From Selaginella moellendorffii (lineage: Eukaryota; Plantae; Lycopodiophyta): a DNA stretch of 64,000 bases. The DNA is taken from contig NW_003314264.1 of assembly GCF_000143415.4 (NCBI RefSeq), positions 1,745,710 to 1,809,709 on the forward strand. Reading direction: 5' to 3'. Position 1 is the first letter of the stretch. Each line of letters begins with the position of its first letter. Position numbers and translations under genes: made by a program. Below, in pieces: positions 1 through 15,321 of the stretch. The notes below the pieces were generated by a model. It saw only the letters and a list, made by a program, of their open reading frames with translations, did not search any database and was not told the origin of the DNA.

Positions 1-2999
1 ACTTTGGCACAGAGTTGTGTGTGAACACCATGGTGTAATGCTAATTGATAGTTGGTATGAGAAACGACTATTTTGGTTTTAGCAAATATCTAGACACAAG
101 TGGAAAGTGTTGTAAAGGTAAACTCGTGGAACCGATGGTGTGGAGACACAAAATGTGCCAAGATGTAATGCTTTGAGGTCAAGTTAATAGGTTCATGAGA
201 ACCTTTTGCCAAAGGAATCTCAATGGAAATGAGAATGCCATATCCTAAGCTATAAGACATATAGTTAGAGTGTGGTGACCCAAATAATGATGGAAGTGTG
301 GAAGCACTAACAATAAATTGTAAGATTTAACAAATATGAGGTAACTAAGCAAAAGATGCAACCTAATTGATTGAATTGGTAAAAATTAACTACTCAAGAC
401 TTCTTTTTTTGATAAAGAGGTTAAATATACTCAGGATAAATTGTTTATGTTACAATATAGTAAGTCAAAATTGAAAAAGGAAATGCTCATTGTCAAAAAA
501 GGATATCAGTGGGATATCTAAACACTCTAAAACACCAAAAAGTGGTATTTAGTATTATGAGGGCATTAGATAAAGCCTAAAGGACTAAATCCCTAGCAAA
601 TAATAGATAGAAAGTGTTATCTAACACCCATAGTTGTGGAAACGGGAGAAGTCTGTATACCTGAATTGGACAAAGTCAAAAGAGATTTTGGCAAGGCTAA
701 GGACAGACATATGAAAATTCATAAATAGCAACATTAATCCTAGTGTGCAGGATTACAAGGTGAGCATATTTAAATTGAGGAACCACTCCCTAAACTATTG
801 GGTAGATTCATCCTTAAAACTACTTGCTAAAGCATGGTAGAAAGTGCAAAATTATCTTCTTATTCTAGAAAAGAATAACGAAAGGAAACGTGTGGGGCCA
901 AAAGCAAAAAGTATAAAAGATAAGATTGAACCATAGAAAGTAAAAAACATAGCCAAGAGTGGTTATATAAATTGGAAGTGGGGAATTAAGTGGGTGCTCG
1001 AAAGTGTTGCTACTAGCAATTGTAAAGTCATGAAGAGTGTAAAGTATGAAATTATCCATGTTAGATTATATGGCAATTAAAAGGCTTACAAAAGGAGAGG
1101 CCTTAGTAAGATAAGGGATAGAGTCCTTTCAAGGTTCCCAAACACAACTCTAGGTAGGTTAGTATTTAAAAATACAATTGTAAATAGTTTATAAAATGTA
1201 CAAAATTAAAGTGGCACAGCAGAAATGTGATTTTGAAGCTTGCCATAAGACAAAGCTATTAAGATTGGGGAAGTAATTCCCGAGTGTTCAAAAAAATGGT
1301 TTTTAATGAAAATCAATGGTTAAGGACCTTTACGCTTATGGCCAAATATGTGAAGGACGTTTAACCCTAAGTATCTCAAGACCCTTAACTAATTAAAAAA
1401 AAGGGTGCACTCTTATTTATAGGCCTTTTCCTTTTATATTTAAACCTCATAAGTTGTTCTCTTTAGTTGTTTACATCATGGTGTTTCGAAATGTTGTCCC
1501 AAAGTCCCAGATTGTGAAAAGGAAGAAGAGCAATCCTCTTGTATAGTGATCAAGAATGTGATTATGTAGCAAAGAAGTCTTAAAGGTTGATGAGATATAG
1601 TGGTTGAGCCTTTGGACCTTGACCCAATAGCACTATCAGGGAACACAGTTGAGGATAGAGAGGAACTTAATGGGGACTGAAAAAAAGAGATGCTGAGGAA
1701 GGTTATTCTTTATGTCTTTAAACATCCTAAAGATATTAAGGAGTGGTTTTGGGATGATTACTAATAAATAGATGGCTTAGTTTTTGAGAGACGAGACTAT
1801 AGTATAAATGGTCTAAGATCTTTGGACCCATAAATGCCATTTGTGAGGCTAGCATATCCCCAAGTCAGAAATAAAACTTATGGAGTTAGTGAGTGAAATT
1901 CCTTTAAGTGGTTATAAATGTGGTTAAATGGCTAAAGTAGAATGGAAAATTTAATCGCTTACATTATCATAGTTTATATTTTTTTAAACTTCAGAATAAT
2001 GGTAATATTGTATTATACACAAAAACAAATAAAGCAATATGATCTATTAATAAATATTGTTATAATTGTTTTTATTTACTTATCTTAAATAAAAATTTTA
2101 ATTTAGTATTTTATATAATAATAATAGAAAATTCTGGTGGTGTATAGTTATAGTTACTAATATTATATATATAAACTAATATTAAAACATTTTAATAAAT
2201 TTTTTTAATATTGAATTTATTAATAAATTAATTTTTTACCTAGCAAAAAGTAGTGAAAGATGGTGGAATATGACTAACATAAAAAAGTTTTACATTATTG
2301 AGAAAGAATTGAGTCGTATTGGCTAAATCATTATATATAATATTAAGTGCAAAATGAAATATAAGTTTTTTACATGTAAGTCAACTTGTTTAAGTGGCTA
2401 TCCAACTGAGGATATGATCATGGATTATTGAATTGTAAAGAACAATTTTAATATAGTCTAAATTATACTTGATTTATAATATGTAATGTTTTTATATAAA
2501 TAATATTTAATAAAATAAACTTATTCAAAGAAATAAATGATTATTTTTAGATTTATAAACTTTGATATAAATCATTTTTTAAAATTTAAATTATCATATT
2601 CTTTTACTTTTTTTATTTTTTATCATATAAAAATAGTAAGTCTAAATGTCAAAGTGGTTGAATATATGATTATATAAAACATGAATTTATAAAATTATTA
2701 AATGCCACATTTAAATAAAATATGGATTTTTTTACTTTTAAAGATTCAATTTAAGCATTTACTTTGCATATTACCTTTAAAATATTAATTTAGTCTGACA
2801 TTTTAACATGTATTATATTTAAATAATATTTTATATATAAATCTTATACCTTTAAATTATTATTTTATCCAGGTTTCTAATGTATTGCAAATCTGAATTT
2901 GGAAATTAAAAGCTATGAACTATATATCAATTATAGGGATTTCATTATACCTAAAACCCTTGTCAACGTGGTTTGATATTGGGCGTTCGATAGTTCTCA

Positions 3000-4954
3000 A
3001 TGGCGCTCTTGTATCCAGCCAGAGCGCCCGTTCTTCACCGCCCTAGGCTCGCTTGCCGGGCGTCCTCCGTGCCCTGGGGCTGCGACACCGATTCCAGTGC
3101 CTTAGATTCAGGGATTGCGCTCCAGCAATGGCTATCGCAGGCTGGATTGCCAATCCAGAAGGTGGAGCTCAAGAATGTAGGCGCCGGAGGGCGAGGTCTC
3201 GTCTCCAAGCGCATGCTTTACAAGGGCGATCGCTTGCTCTTTCTTCCGGCAACGCTGGCCATAACCACGGAATCGGTAGGCAAGATTTATTGGGATATTT
3301 TTCCATGAATGGATTTCGTGTAGGAATGGGCGTGCGCTGAGGCTGGAAAAGTGATAAGAGCGAAGGATTTGCCGGAATGGCCGTTTCTCGCGTGTTACCT
3401 CATCTCTGAGGCGTCACTGGGAAAGAGCTCCCCATGGTATCCATACATTGCGGCTTTGCCGCGGCGTCCGGGCTCAATCTTACTATGGTATGTCGAATTT
3501 TTGTGATTGATAAAAAACCTTTGGCTAGCTTAAACCAGGACAGCTTTGGATGTTGAGACTCACTTGTCCGCGACCTCTATCAAGGATCGAGCGCTTCAGT
3601 GCGTACGTGAAGTCGAAGACACGTAAGATCTTCCTTCTTTTCTGCTTCTTTGTGTTTTACTTTGCTTCTTGTAGGTTCAATGATCTGAATAAGCAAGTTT
3701 TCATGAAGAACAGGGAGGAGTTTCCTCCCGAGGTAGCTATCAACTCGATTTATATATTGGCATCTTTGCTGTTGAATCAGGTCTTCAACTTGAAGTCTTT
3801 CAAATGGGCTTTTGGAATTCTATTTTCTCGTCTTGTAAGTAGTAAGAGAATCGAGAGAAAGTTCTCATCGGATGTTCATACAGGTTCGTTTGCCATCGCT
3901 CGGGCAAAAGCTTGCACTTATTCCTTTTGGAGATATGCTCAACCATGACACTGAGGTCTTTGGTCGAGACATTTATCAGTTTATTTGAATCAGGGTCTGC
4001 AAGCAGGTTACGACTTTCTTGGACTTCGATTCAGGCTCAAAGTCTATAACTTGCACATTGGATCGTGGTTATGAAAGCAACAGAGAGGTAAACGACTATT
4101 CTATCCGTCCAATGCCTTGATTGCGATACTTTGGCAGGTTTTTATCTCTTATGGAAAGAGGTCGAACGGCGAGCTGCTTGTAGCTTATGGCTTTGTTCCT
4201 TCCGGGAAAAACTCAGAAGATAGTGTAAGCATCACCCTTGGTTTGGATCCAGCAGATGAAATGTACGAGGCAAAATTGGGAACACTCAAGGAGCATGGCC
4301 TCTCTCCGTATCCTTGAAAACTCGCTAAGCCTTTCTTGGTATGCCCTTGACAATATACTGGCAAAAGGCAACAAAGTTATCCGATCAAACTCAAGGGCTG
4401 GCCAGTACAACTCACCGCCTTTGCTCGCCTAATAACAAGTCCTCCTTCCCAGCTCCACCGATACTCAGAGGTACACGTTTTTATGTTAATTCCATTTTCA
4501 CTCGAATTTTTCAACCATGTTGAAAACCAAATCACAGCTCGCGTCTGCAGCAACCGAGGAACAAGGAAGGAGAATGCAGCCGGTATTCACGACTGAAGAA
4601 CAAATGAAAGCTTACGAGCTGATCCTCTCAGCTTGCAAGCAAGCCATCGCAGCCAGCAAAAACTACTTGGAGGTAGAGCAAGGAATTGTTTTGTTTCGAC
4701 TAATGTTTCAATTTTTATTTCTTGCAGAGCAAGGAAGTTCCAAGGCATGGTTCCCTCCCCAAGCTCGCCAGCGCCTTGTGCGAGAGCGAGCTCAAGATTT
4801 TATACCGGAACGAATATGTAAGTCAAACCAACGCTGCAAGATTATATCAAGCTAACGAATTTTATAGATCTTGAGAAGCGAGCTACGTAACCTCCGTTCT
4901 GGCAAAAACAGCGGCCTGCTCGGCAAAGTTGGCAGTATGTTCTTTAGAGACTAA
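3000..4954 (+). CDS. SET-domain protein-lysine methyltransferase, Rubisco LSMT family, probably plastid-targeted (multi-exon)
   Basis: Transit-peptide-like N-terminus. Spliced exons give GAGGRGLVS, WYPYIAALP, FKWAFGILFSRLV, ALIPFGDMLNHD and VFISYGKRSNGELLVAYGF (SET and Rubisco-substrate-binding motifs). Last exon ends ...SMFFRD TAA at 4952-4954. Confidence 0.9.
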
Positions 4955-7900
4955 CGGGCATATAATTGTTCTCTTTCAAACTAGCATCATTGTTATAAAT
5001 TAAATAAAAAATCCCATTTTCGTTAGGAAAAATCGCTAATGTATTATAATTAACATATAATTAATAACTTTAATTTTTTTAGCATTTATTAGCATTTTTG
5101 CTGAAATATTTATTATGAAACTGGAAATTTAATGTTATAACTAAAGAAGTAGCAAGAAATATAATATTAACCATTTCAAAGGAAATTAATAGAATACCAA
5201 CTTCTTTTAGGTAAATGTTTCACAGAGATATTTTATCAAATCAATTCAAATAACAATATTGGATTTATAATTTATGTTTTGAATAAAATTGAATACATTT
5301 GTCACATAATAATTAAAGGTGAAATAATGTCAGGATTTTTTTTAAGAAACTCATTATCTGAAATCTTAATTACAACAAATAGATGATTGCGCATGCCTAC
5401 ATTATATATTTACATATGTGCAGAGTTATAGTCATGGGATATGCCATGTACACTTTAGATTGCACTCAAGACTAATGCCATATCATCTCAAACATTATAA
5501 TGTTACAATAAATCTAATGATGGTTTTATTTATCTCATTCTTGTATCTTTAAGTGTAAATTTATGATCTCTTAATTAAAATCATCTCTCTCCTCCTTTGC
5601 ACATGTTCTATTCACCTTTCATTTCATGTGGTTATACTTTGTTTCTCGTAGTTTAGAAGTGTATTTCGATTGTAGTATGCACTAATGTAAGCATAGTACT
5701 TTGATAATGGTTCTTATTTCTCATAGCTTGTTTGCAATATGACACCTTAATCCAGGTAGTAATTAATTGTTATAGAGGTGAGCTTGATTGATTGAAGCAT
5801 GAAGGTGAGCACAAAGCCTTTTTTTAGATGTTTGGAGTGGTTTTCCATGAGCAAGTGAATTCTGTTGTAGCTGTAGTAAACCATTAGTTCCATTGATTTC
5901 TCACATTTCTAATTATGTGTATATATTTTATAAATTATAGTGATTTATTACCTTTCGGTGTGTTAGATTGTTGTGCTTGGGATTAATGTGTAAAGTGCTT
6001 TCCATTACCTTCACCAATGAGAATGCCTGGCAATAATAACTTCAACTTACAACATTTAAAAGATGCTCAAAATCCAATTGATTTAAAAAATTTGATGTGG
6101 ACAAATTTTATATAACACAAAAATTCACATACATGGCATTGGTTCAATCGATCAATCACTCCTTCTTGAATTGGACTTTGAATGCATATATGGCAAATGT
6201 GAATGCATATGTGGCAAAAGAAAATGCATGCCCATGCATAAAAGAAAAAGTTGTATTAAAAAAATATTATTTTGTGAGTTATACATGTGATGTGTTTTTA
6301 TTTCATATATTTTATAAGCTTCTAAGGCCACCCACCTTAGGTATACCTCCCTTCATAGGAGGTGTACCTCCCACCAAAATGTGTCATCAAAAATTTCTTT
6401 GAGAATATTTTATGGCCTGTGGGATTTAAGGCTGGAACACCTTAAGGGTTAGGGTTTGATTATTGTTTGTTTCATTGGTATTAGAGCATAGAATTCTTAT
6501 TTTAAAATAGCTTTTGTAAATCTTGTAATAAATCTTGCAAATCACATAATAGGTAATGATGAAATGGTTTGTTTTTATAAAAATATAAACTATAATCAGA
6601 AACTATAATCTTTAAAATTATAATCAGAAAATAGATATAGATTCATATAACTCCAAAAATCAACAAATTCATGACAAGCTAAATATTAGATGTGATAATT
6701 TTATATATAGCTTAATAAATAATTATATCAGCATGTGATATCAATATTTATTGTCAAAAAAAAACTTAGTCTCTTGAAATAAAAATTCACATTTTTATTT
6801 ATATTTCACTTTAATAAAATATGCAGAAAATAAACTTTTATAGATCAATAAAAAAATATTAAAAAATCTATAATTTTTTTAAAAAATTACAAGATGGGAA
6901 TTTAGTTTTATATTCTTATGATGAAAATGATTTACAGCATTCAAATACTTACTGTAATAATAAAAAATGCCATGAAAATTTATAGTTGTTATTGCAAAAT
7001 GATTATAACTTAGTTTTTTTACAAATAAAATAAAATTAAAATATTAAGTTATCAATTGAATGTGTATGGGCTTCAAAAACATTCTCTTAAGTATAGTTCA
7101 AAAAACCGATGTAAAATCCATTTGTATTTGCAGGGTATTATTAAAATAATTATTGTGTGTTGCATTGCAGCTGGTTTTCAGCTATATATTATTTATTATA
7201 TATAATTTATTACTTTTTCTAGCTATTATTACTTTTACATTCCTTAAAATATCTTTAATTTTTTATATTGTGCAATATTTGGTTGTCCTTCTTTATTTTC
7301 TAAATTGTATTACTATTTTTCACTATTATTATAATTTAATATTTATATTTTATATAATTTGTGTTTTATAATTATTTTTAAAATTTAATTATTTAATTTT
7401 TATGTTTTTTATTTTACTTCTAGTGACATAACAATTTTTTTATGAACTCACTCTTTATATATTTTCTTAAACAAAGAAAATCAATAATATATAAACATAA
7501 GTTGTATTCCAGAAAATATAGGTAAAAAATATACAGATTATGAAATATAAATTTTTCTTAATAATTGGAAAAGAAGGTCCTTCCAGGAGTTTGTGGAAGA
7601 ATGTTTCCCTTGTGTGAAAAAAGTACTTGTTGTTTTTCCTAGCATTTATTGATAATCTCTTAGAACACTTGTTTCTATATTAGTTTTTCTCATATAGCCA
7701 TGAATTCCAAACACTAGTCTTGATGCTTTATGTCAAAGGCTTTTTGTCTGGGTGTAGCTGCCATTCAATGTATTATGTCATCTTAGTCAGTCCTCCAGCG
7801 AGATTGAGTTTTGAGGTAGATTGATGAATGTTGAATAGCAAGGGTTAGTCTCTAGAAAGCTTTTGTTGGATCTACTGGTATGAATACCCTAAGATCTGCT

Positions 7901-10900
7901 AGCTAGTGATCTAGAAGTCAGTGGTACCATTATTGAAACATGGGAAAATAACAAGAAGAGAAAATTGATTGCACCATACTACTTATATAATTACTTTTCC
8001 ATATTTAAATAATAGATATAATTATTCTAAATAGATATCAACTACTAGATGATAAAATAAACTAGAATATACTTGCAGATATTTAGAAAAACCAATAAAG
8101 CATAAATATATTTATGATGAGTGTTACTTCTAGAAATATTTATGCTGAACCCTATGAAGGTAATGAATTAAGATAGTCAAGGAGATTAAAGAAAACCAAA
8201 TATCAGAATAATGGAATATAGTGTGGATAAATCAAAAGAGGTAAGTACATATATGTGTAGAAAGGGGTTAATGAAATAATCTAAGTGTTCCTTTATATAT
8301 CTAGCATATTTGTAACTGCTATCGTAACCATTCACTAGAAGCCTACACCTGACTTGCACACAAGTCTTCTTACATTGTGTGCCTAAAATTTGTTATAGGT
8401 AAAAGCAGTAGGAAAAAATTCTAATTTTCACTCTAATAGTTCCAAGCTCTCCTCATGCCTTGTGCTTACGATGTCATTCTTGAGGTCACCAACATCTCTC
8501 TTGAGGAACACCATTGAGATGTTGCTGTGATAAATCATTTTTGCTAGAGGTGTATTGCTCTATATGCAAACAATTTGACAAAGTTTCATCCCGGTGATAT
8601 AGTTTCTTTCACATATGAAAATTCCTACCATGGTAAGGAAGCTACTTTCAAATCTATAAACTAGCTTGCATTTGAGGTCTTACTACTTTTGAAACCTCTC
8701 TATCCTTTTTGGTTTTATTTTTTTGTTCTTCTAATGTTGTTGTGTTTCTTTTTCAAAGGCTCGTGATGATGGTGTGTTTTTATGTCCATTGGTAATTTGA
8801 TGATCATTGTATAGTCTATTGCTTGATGTTAAAAGAATAATTCTAAAATTGCATTTGATGAATGTTTGCTATCTTTGCTTACTTGTCTTGTACATGGCTC
8901 TTTGAGAAATCTTGTATTTATGAGTGGTTTTGAGTGCTTTTAGATTTTCTTCTTACATCCAATCTTTAGAATTAATACATGAGATTTGTAAATTGATATC
9001 ATATAAATGATGATAGTTTTTACTCTATATTTTATGGTGAATTATTATAAAATAAATATAAAGCGGAATCTAACTTTTGGATATATGTGCTAAGGGCAAC
9101 GAAGTAAAACTTGAGTTTCAGAGCTTTGGGCCATTGAATGAAAGGAAAGAATCAAACTTTTGAGAATATAGCTAAAAAATAAAAGAACAAGAGTATAAAG
9201 CAATATCAAAATAGTTTTAAAGCATCCAAAATCCCAATGCCTAAACTAATAAATAAAATAAAGCTAAATGGAATTTAACATTATTTCAGCATACCACCCA
9301 CCTAACAGATACTCCACTAACTTGGGCTTAGACTTAACGCAAAGTTAAACAAGGATAAACTAGCCTAACAAGGAAATGTCTCTAGTGGTTACTTATGCCC
9401 AAGCTTCCTATTATCTTTACAATACATTTAGACCCCCTATAGCCTCTTAAATATAAAAGTTTGATTTAGGCTTTCATCCCAGTTCTAGGAATTAGTCTCT
9501 AGGATAAATTTGAAAACTTATTAAATATGGAATAGTGTTTGATTGTGAATATTGTGATGAGGACAATCTCTATATTTTGTAGATATACTTAACTAGTAGA
9601 TCTAAACACATTCCATAAATAGCTAATGAGACCAATATATAAGATATAATATTTAGTGGACACAGTAAATTATTATATAGCGATATTAAAAGACTAATAC
9701 TCAATACATAAAGGCTTTTGTCATTAGCCAGTGCAAGACATAACAAAACGAAAACTCTTTATCGAGCTATATATGATTAGCTAATAAAATATATAAATTC
9801 CATTCTTATGCTCATCTGATCTAAGTACACTTGAAATGATTAATTAATTCCACTACCACAAGAGGGACTAATAAAAGGTTTACCATTTCATGTTTTATAG
9901 AACATTTATTGCCACTTTTAGAAATACCAATCAAACTAAAAAGATCCTACATGCTTTGTTTTGAGACATGAATGTTTTATATTTTTGACATGTAAATTTA
10001 GATTATAATTATTTCATAAATAAATTTGCATTTTTATAGAAATTTTGATAGTATGAGAAGTGTTTGAATGATTTTATAAAATTTGTAAAATTAAATTCTC
10101 TTTTTCTTGTAATCTTAATACAACAAAAAACTATATATGACATCCAGTTGCATACATATATAGTATTATCTTAGTTTATTTAATAATTAGTCTATTAATC
10201 CTTAAATTAAATTTAGATATTTAACATTATTTTTGTTGATTTTCTCAGTCATAATGATTTAATACCTGGTTGTTATTTTTTTCATTCTTTTCAATTTTGA
10301 TAGTTTTTAGAAAACTTTATTTTACATAATAAATACCTCAAGAATGATTTTTAATGCTATAAATAAAGAAATAGCAAAACTATAAAATATATCATTAACA
10401 AATCTAAATACTGATGTTAAATATAGCATTTTATTTGGATATTTTTGAGTTTATTTGTCATATAAACTAATGAAAAGTTATATGGATGTATAAAAGTTTT
10501 CCAAAATCATACTATGAAATACTAAATCCAGTTACCTCATAAATTATTATAAAACTAGCTATTTTATTATTTACTATTTTATCACAATATAAATCAGATA
10601 ATATAAATGAAGTTAGCAACTCTAATTTTAAGTAATTATTTGATGTTTTAGTTGAAGATAAAATTGCATTTATTGCACATATTACTAAGTTACAATCAGT
10701 ATCTTAAAGTTAATATGATTTTTATTAATAGATACTTGAAGCTTTTGCAGCTTAGTGCTTGATATTGTTTGATATATACAGTATATAGGTAGATTTAATC
10801 TTTTTGAAATCTTAAAATAAAAGAATTTTGTTAAATTGTTAAATAAAGATTAGTTATTTTTAGTTTGCTAATATTAAAATGCCATGATCCCATTTCTTTT

Positions 10901-11072
10901 AATTATCTGGGTTAAAGATAATTTGACTCACATTACCTTTAGACGTTAAAAGTTTAATTGTTGTATGACCTAGAAATTTAGGGCTTTTCATTTGGTTCGT
11001 GGTCTGGGCTATGGCTATGGTGGTTCGGCTTCCCGATGGCGCGCTCTCTCGTTTTCAAATCCTCCGTCGGCC

Positions 11073-12924
11073 ATGGTGAGATCAGCTGCGAGCTAGCTAG
11101 CTGTCGCGTGGTGTGTGCGTGAGAGCAAGAGATAGAGTGTGATTTCTTTCCAAGCTTCACTAGATCGCAGGACAAGAAGCTGGCTAATCTTCCCCCCAAT
11201 CTCTCCCAACACGCGCCCGCGCACGACCCTTACTCTCTGCCCTTCCGCTGCTGGCCCGGGAATGTGAGAGCCCACTACAACTTAAACGCCGCCAACGCCC
11301 TCGTCGTGGGAACGACTTTGCACGACCTCAACACCGTCGAGGCAAGAACTCCCGCCGCCGCCGATGTGGAAAGCATTGGCAATGCCGACGAGGGTGATGG
11401 AGGCGGCGACGCTGCCGCCGATAGCCTGGACAACGAGGAGGAATCTCCATCTGAGGTTAGCTTTCTAGCTTTTGTAGTTCTTTGCTCATTTTCTCATCGA
11501 CCAGGATTGCGTAGCACAAGAGTACGAGAATCTGCAACCGGTGGATGGAGTGGACGCGGTGGACGGAGTGGACGCAGAGCAGCAAATCAATCTCGAGAAC
11601 GATGAGAACTCGACTCCTGCGTTTGGTGTTCTAACCTACAGTGGTCAGTGTTGATGTTTTACGTAGTTCCTTACTGTTTTTTCTTCTCCCTCGCTACAGA
11701 CGTAGTCCCCATTGAAGCGGCCAGGGCTCGTTTCGTGCAGCTGATAATCGATCGCTTTATCCAGCCCCGTTCATATCCCGTGTCCGATTCCCCCGAAGGG
11801 AACTATAGCAATCCAAACTCGAAGGAGAAAGAGAGCAAACGCAAGCCGAGTGAGGTGCACTACGAGGGCGACCCCAGGTACCTCCTGCCTTTGACGTTCG
11901 TCGCCAACTTGTACGAGACGCTCATCTCGGAGATCGATGCGAGGCTGCACACCGTCGAGGGTGTCCACGAGAAGACGATGGGAGTTGCCCTTGAGGCCTC
12001 TGGAGGGCTATATAGAAAGCTGGTGAAAAAGTTTCCAAAGTCCGGTTGGTATTTCTTTCTTTCCTCTCTCACTTTCTCTGCTCACGATTCTTTGCATTCT
12101 CTTGTGTCCACTGCAGGCCATCCGGTGTCTTTCAAGAGACGGGAGATGGCATCCGCGTTAGAAGCCAAAACAAAGTTCCCTCAGCTCGTTAGAGGAGACG
12201 AAAAGCGTGTAAGGTTCGTCGTTGTTCACGGCCTGGAGCTGATTGAGCGTCCGGAGATGCCACAAGAGGATGCTGAGTGGTACCCCTTTAGTTTTCTCAA
12301 AACTTGCTAGAAAACCATGACTCTCTCTCGCTTCCAGGTTTAAGAGACTCACTGGAAGACAAGAAGCCGCAGTTACCGGAAGCGACTACAACTTCTATTC
12401 GGCCAGAGTTAAACACCGCCGGCTTACTGTTCGTGATCCACCACCCGTGCCAGTAAGCTTATAGCTGCCTTTGAGAGGTGTCTTTGAAAACTAACTGGTG
12501 GTTTGCTAGCAGCAGTATCAGGCCGGGGAGTCTCCCAGTGTCATAACACCACACTCTCCGGTATTGAAAGCTTTTCTTCCAATTTTCTCCATGATCATCT
12601 AACAAACTCACAGACTCGTGATCACCAGCAGATCCAGATGCAGCAGTCCCGTGTTCGTCACCAGGTGCAGCAGCCATCACAAACACACACCCCGCGCACT
12701 CCTCCCCATGTATCACGCGATATACAGTCTGGGATTCATCCTGGAATGACCGTGATGGTTCCGGTCAGTTCCGTCGTTTCTTCTTGCTTCCTCACCATCT
12801 GGTTTACTCGTTTTTTTAGCCTCCGAGCCCCGCAAAATTCTGCGACCAGTGTGGAGCTCCCTTCTTGAGGGAAACATCCAGGTTCTGCACAGATTGTGGG
12901 AACAAGCGACATGGTGTGCCATGA
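11073..12924 (+). CDS. Plant-conserved uncharacterised protein (At2g02148-like) with C-terminal double CxxC zinc ribbon
   Basis: ATG at 11073 is followed directly by a GTGAG donor; the acceptor at 11170 opens the frame HYNL..TTLHDLN. Exons encode DVVPIEAARARF, YEGDPRYLLPL, GVALEASGGLYRKL and KFCDQCGAPFLRETSRFCTDCG, then TGA at 12922-12924. Confidence 0.85.
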
Positions 12925-13026
12925 AAACTCTGTACGTAATACACAGCCTTCTTTCCTTGTGATTGTTGTGTATCTTTGATTCTTTCCTTGTGATTGTCTT
13001 TTATTCTAACAAGATGATTGTTAACT

Positions 13027-15321
13027 TTACACGGTGAAGACCTTGACAACCTGTTGGATGGAAGTCCTACACACAGGACATCCCCAAGTTTTCTCCTTGA
13101 TCTCCATCAAGCAATTCATGCAGCCGGCGAGGTGGCCGCAAGGGATGCACACGCCTCTCGCGGGTGCGTCCCAGCAAACCACGCACTGCCCGCTCGCTTT
13201 CTCATCGCCAGTTCCTCCTGTTCCTGCTCTTGCCACTACCTTTTGATGCTCCGGATTCACTGCCTTTTTCTTGATGCCAAACAGCGAGAATCCAGACGGA
13301 GAAGCACCCTGCCGAGCCTCGGATTGGGCCGTAAGTTGGCGAGGACTGCAAACTGGAGGTGGTGGCGGCGGCGGTGGACCGGAGGGCACGAAGATCTCCA
13401 CGGGGACGTTGGAGCACCCAGGTGGTGCTGCTGGAGCCGAGAGATCTTTCACTGGAACGTTTCGGACTGGTGGCTTTGTCGCCACGGGCCTCGTTTGCCA
13501 GAAGCTCTCAACTCTAGTCCGCTGCTCGTAAGGTGGCGGTGGTGGCGATGGCGATTGCTGGAGCGGAAGTGATGTCGCTCGACTCGGCCCGGCCTCCGGA
13601 GACCCCCAGCACGAGCTGTTGCTGGTGCTGTTGCTGTTGTCCGAGTCCAGTGACCATCTGTTCCTGCTCAGCGGCCCCCGTCGCTTGGCCGCCTTTGGAG
13701 GACTACTCAAAGATGGCCAGCACTCGTCGACGACGCTGGATGATGTTGGCGAGAGAATCAGGCCCTCCGCGTTGGCGGACTGTATCGAGGCGTTGATAGC
13801 CATTGCCAGTGCTACGTCTTCTGGGATCTCTGTTTTGCTGTGAGGTGGAGAGGATACCTTGCGTACTGGCGGGCACACGACTACCTGCTGTGGAGGAGGG
13901 GCAGTGACCGTCCGTGGTGGTGCCGGTCCGGCAATCGTAATTGGCGGACCCCGTGACCGCGTCGGAGAAACGGACTCTTGGGGACTTGAAGTAGCACTCT
14001 GCTAGAAAAAAAAAAGAAAAGAAAAATGTGAGCACAGTTAAAAGGAGACAGCCTTGACTATACCTGTTGGTATGGTATGCCTTTACAGGCCCTGTGAAAC
14101 TTCTCCAACTGTGGTTTGCGGCCTTCAAATTCTGACAGAAACTTGAACCTCGTTTCTGCCCGGCACACACATGCTGCGTTACTTAAACAAGCGAGGCTGG
14201 TCACTTACTTGACGATCTGTCTGTAAGAATCATCACGGGATCCGCAAGGCTGAAGTTGGGTTCCTCGATCTGGACTTTCGACAAAGCAATTATTATCCTC
14301 GGTAGCGACACCTAAACAAAAGCACAAGCTGGTTGGTGTTTTAGTCCAGCTACTACAAAAGAAAAACCTTTGGTGACTGGTAAATAACAAGCTCGTATCT
14401 CGGAAGCCTTCTAGCTTGCGCTGACGGCATCACAACAGCCCATCTGCAGACAAGAAACATCAGTTCAGTTCAACATGAAGTTAACGCTTACACTTTTCTG
14501 GTCACCCATTGAGGTGCTAACGCTTCAAGAAATCCAGGGCCGGATATCTCTCTCAACACTCCACTGAAAAGGCACATCCTGTCCTGGAGATAACGTTTGA
14601 GATGAGAAACCAGCACATCACATCCAAAACATTGTTCTTCTTTTTTCTTTTGCTCTCTGTTTACACGCACCTCAATGATTCGTACGACCGAGACATGGCC
14701 TCGGCTACGTGCCATATCAAGAGGTGTCTGGCCATCGTCATTCACAGCCAATGGATCAGCTGCACACACAAGAGACAATCGCTACTTAGAATGAAAGTAC
14801 TCGAGCTTATACCAAAAGTTTAGCTAACCTCCACGAGACAAAAGCAAGATCACGGTTTTGTCCAGCCCTCGCTTGGCCGCATGATGCAATGGAAATCCAC
14901 CGTGAGAGCCTACAAAACACACGACGATCGTGAGTAAAACAACAAGGAGTAAACTACAATCCAATTGCCAGCCAGATCTCGTAACGAACAAAGTTGCCAA
15001 CTGAAAAACCATAGAACAAAAGCACTAAAGTTACCTGGTCTGAAAGCTTTGATGCTGGCACCCAGATTCAACAAAGTTATGACCATGTCGAAGAGCTCGC
15101 TTCTGGTGCAAGCCAGGATGAGAGGCGTCCGACCATCCTTATCGGTCCACTGCGTAGAAACCACAGAAAGAATTAGCAAAGAAGAAAGGAAATCCGATAG
15201 AAGGAAAAGCTTTGCTTACCTCCAAAGATGTTCCATCTCGCCGGAGAGTCTTCACAGCAGTGTGATTTGCATGCTGGACCGCTTGATAGAGTTGCTCTTC
15301 CTTAGACTGGCCTCCACCCAT
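13027..15321 (-). CDS. XBAT35: Ankyrin-repeat RING-HC E3 ubiquitin ligase, XBAT34/XBAT35 type
   Basis: MGGGQSKEEQLYQ start, ankyrin repeats (DGRTPLILAC, GGFPLHHAAKRG, DGQTPLDMAR), and C-terminal C3HC4 RING CVVCWD..CIPCGHLAGCMNC..CPVCR. Confidence 0.9.

Noticed and set aside
1-1900. Purine-rich stretch that looks like decayed retroelement coding sequence
   Set aside because: No intact diagnostic motif can be read in any frame, so the class cannot be supported without a profile search.
5000-10950. AT-rich region with short ORFs (6097, 7153), possible transposase relics near 7560-8950 and a hairpin at 6337-6369
   Set aside because: ORFs are low-complexity F/I/Y-rich artefacts; no TIR/TSD, Helitron CTRR end or transposase motif could be confirmed.
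11262-11267. ATG-TGA minimal ORF and apparent GTG start of the At2g02148-like gene
   Set aside because: An upstream ATG (11073) plus a phase-0 intron to 11170 gives a normal in-frame start.
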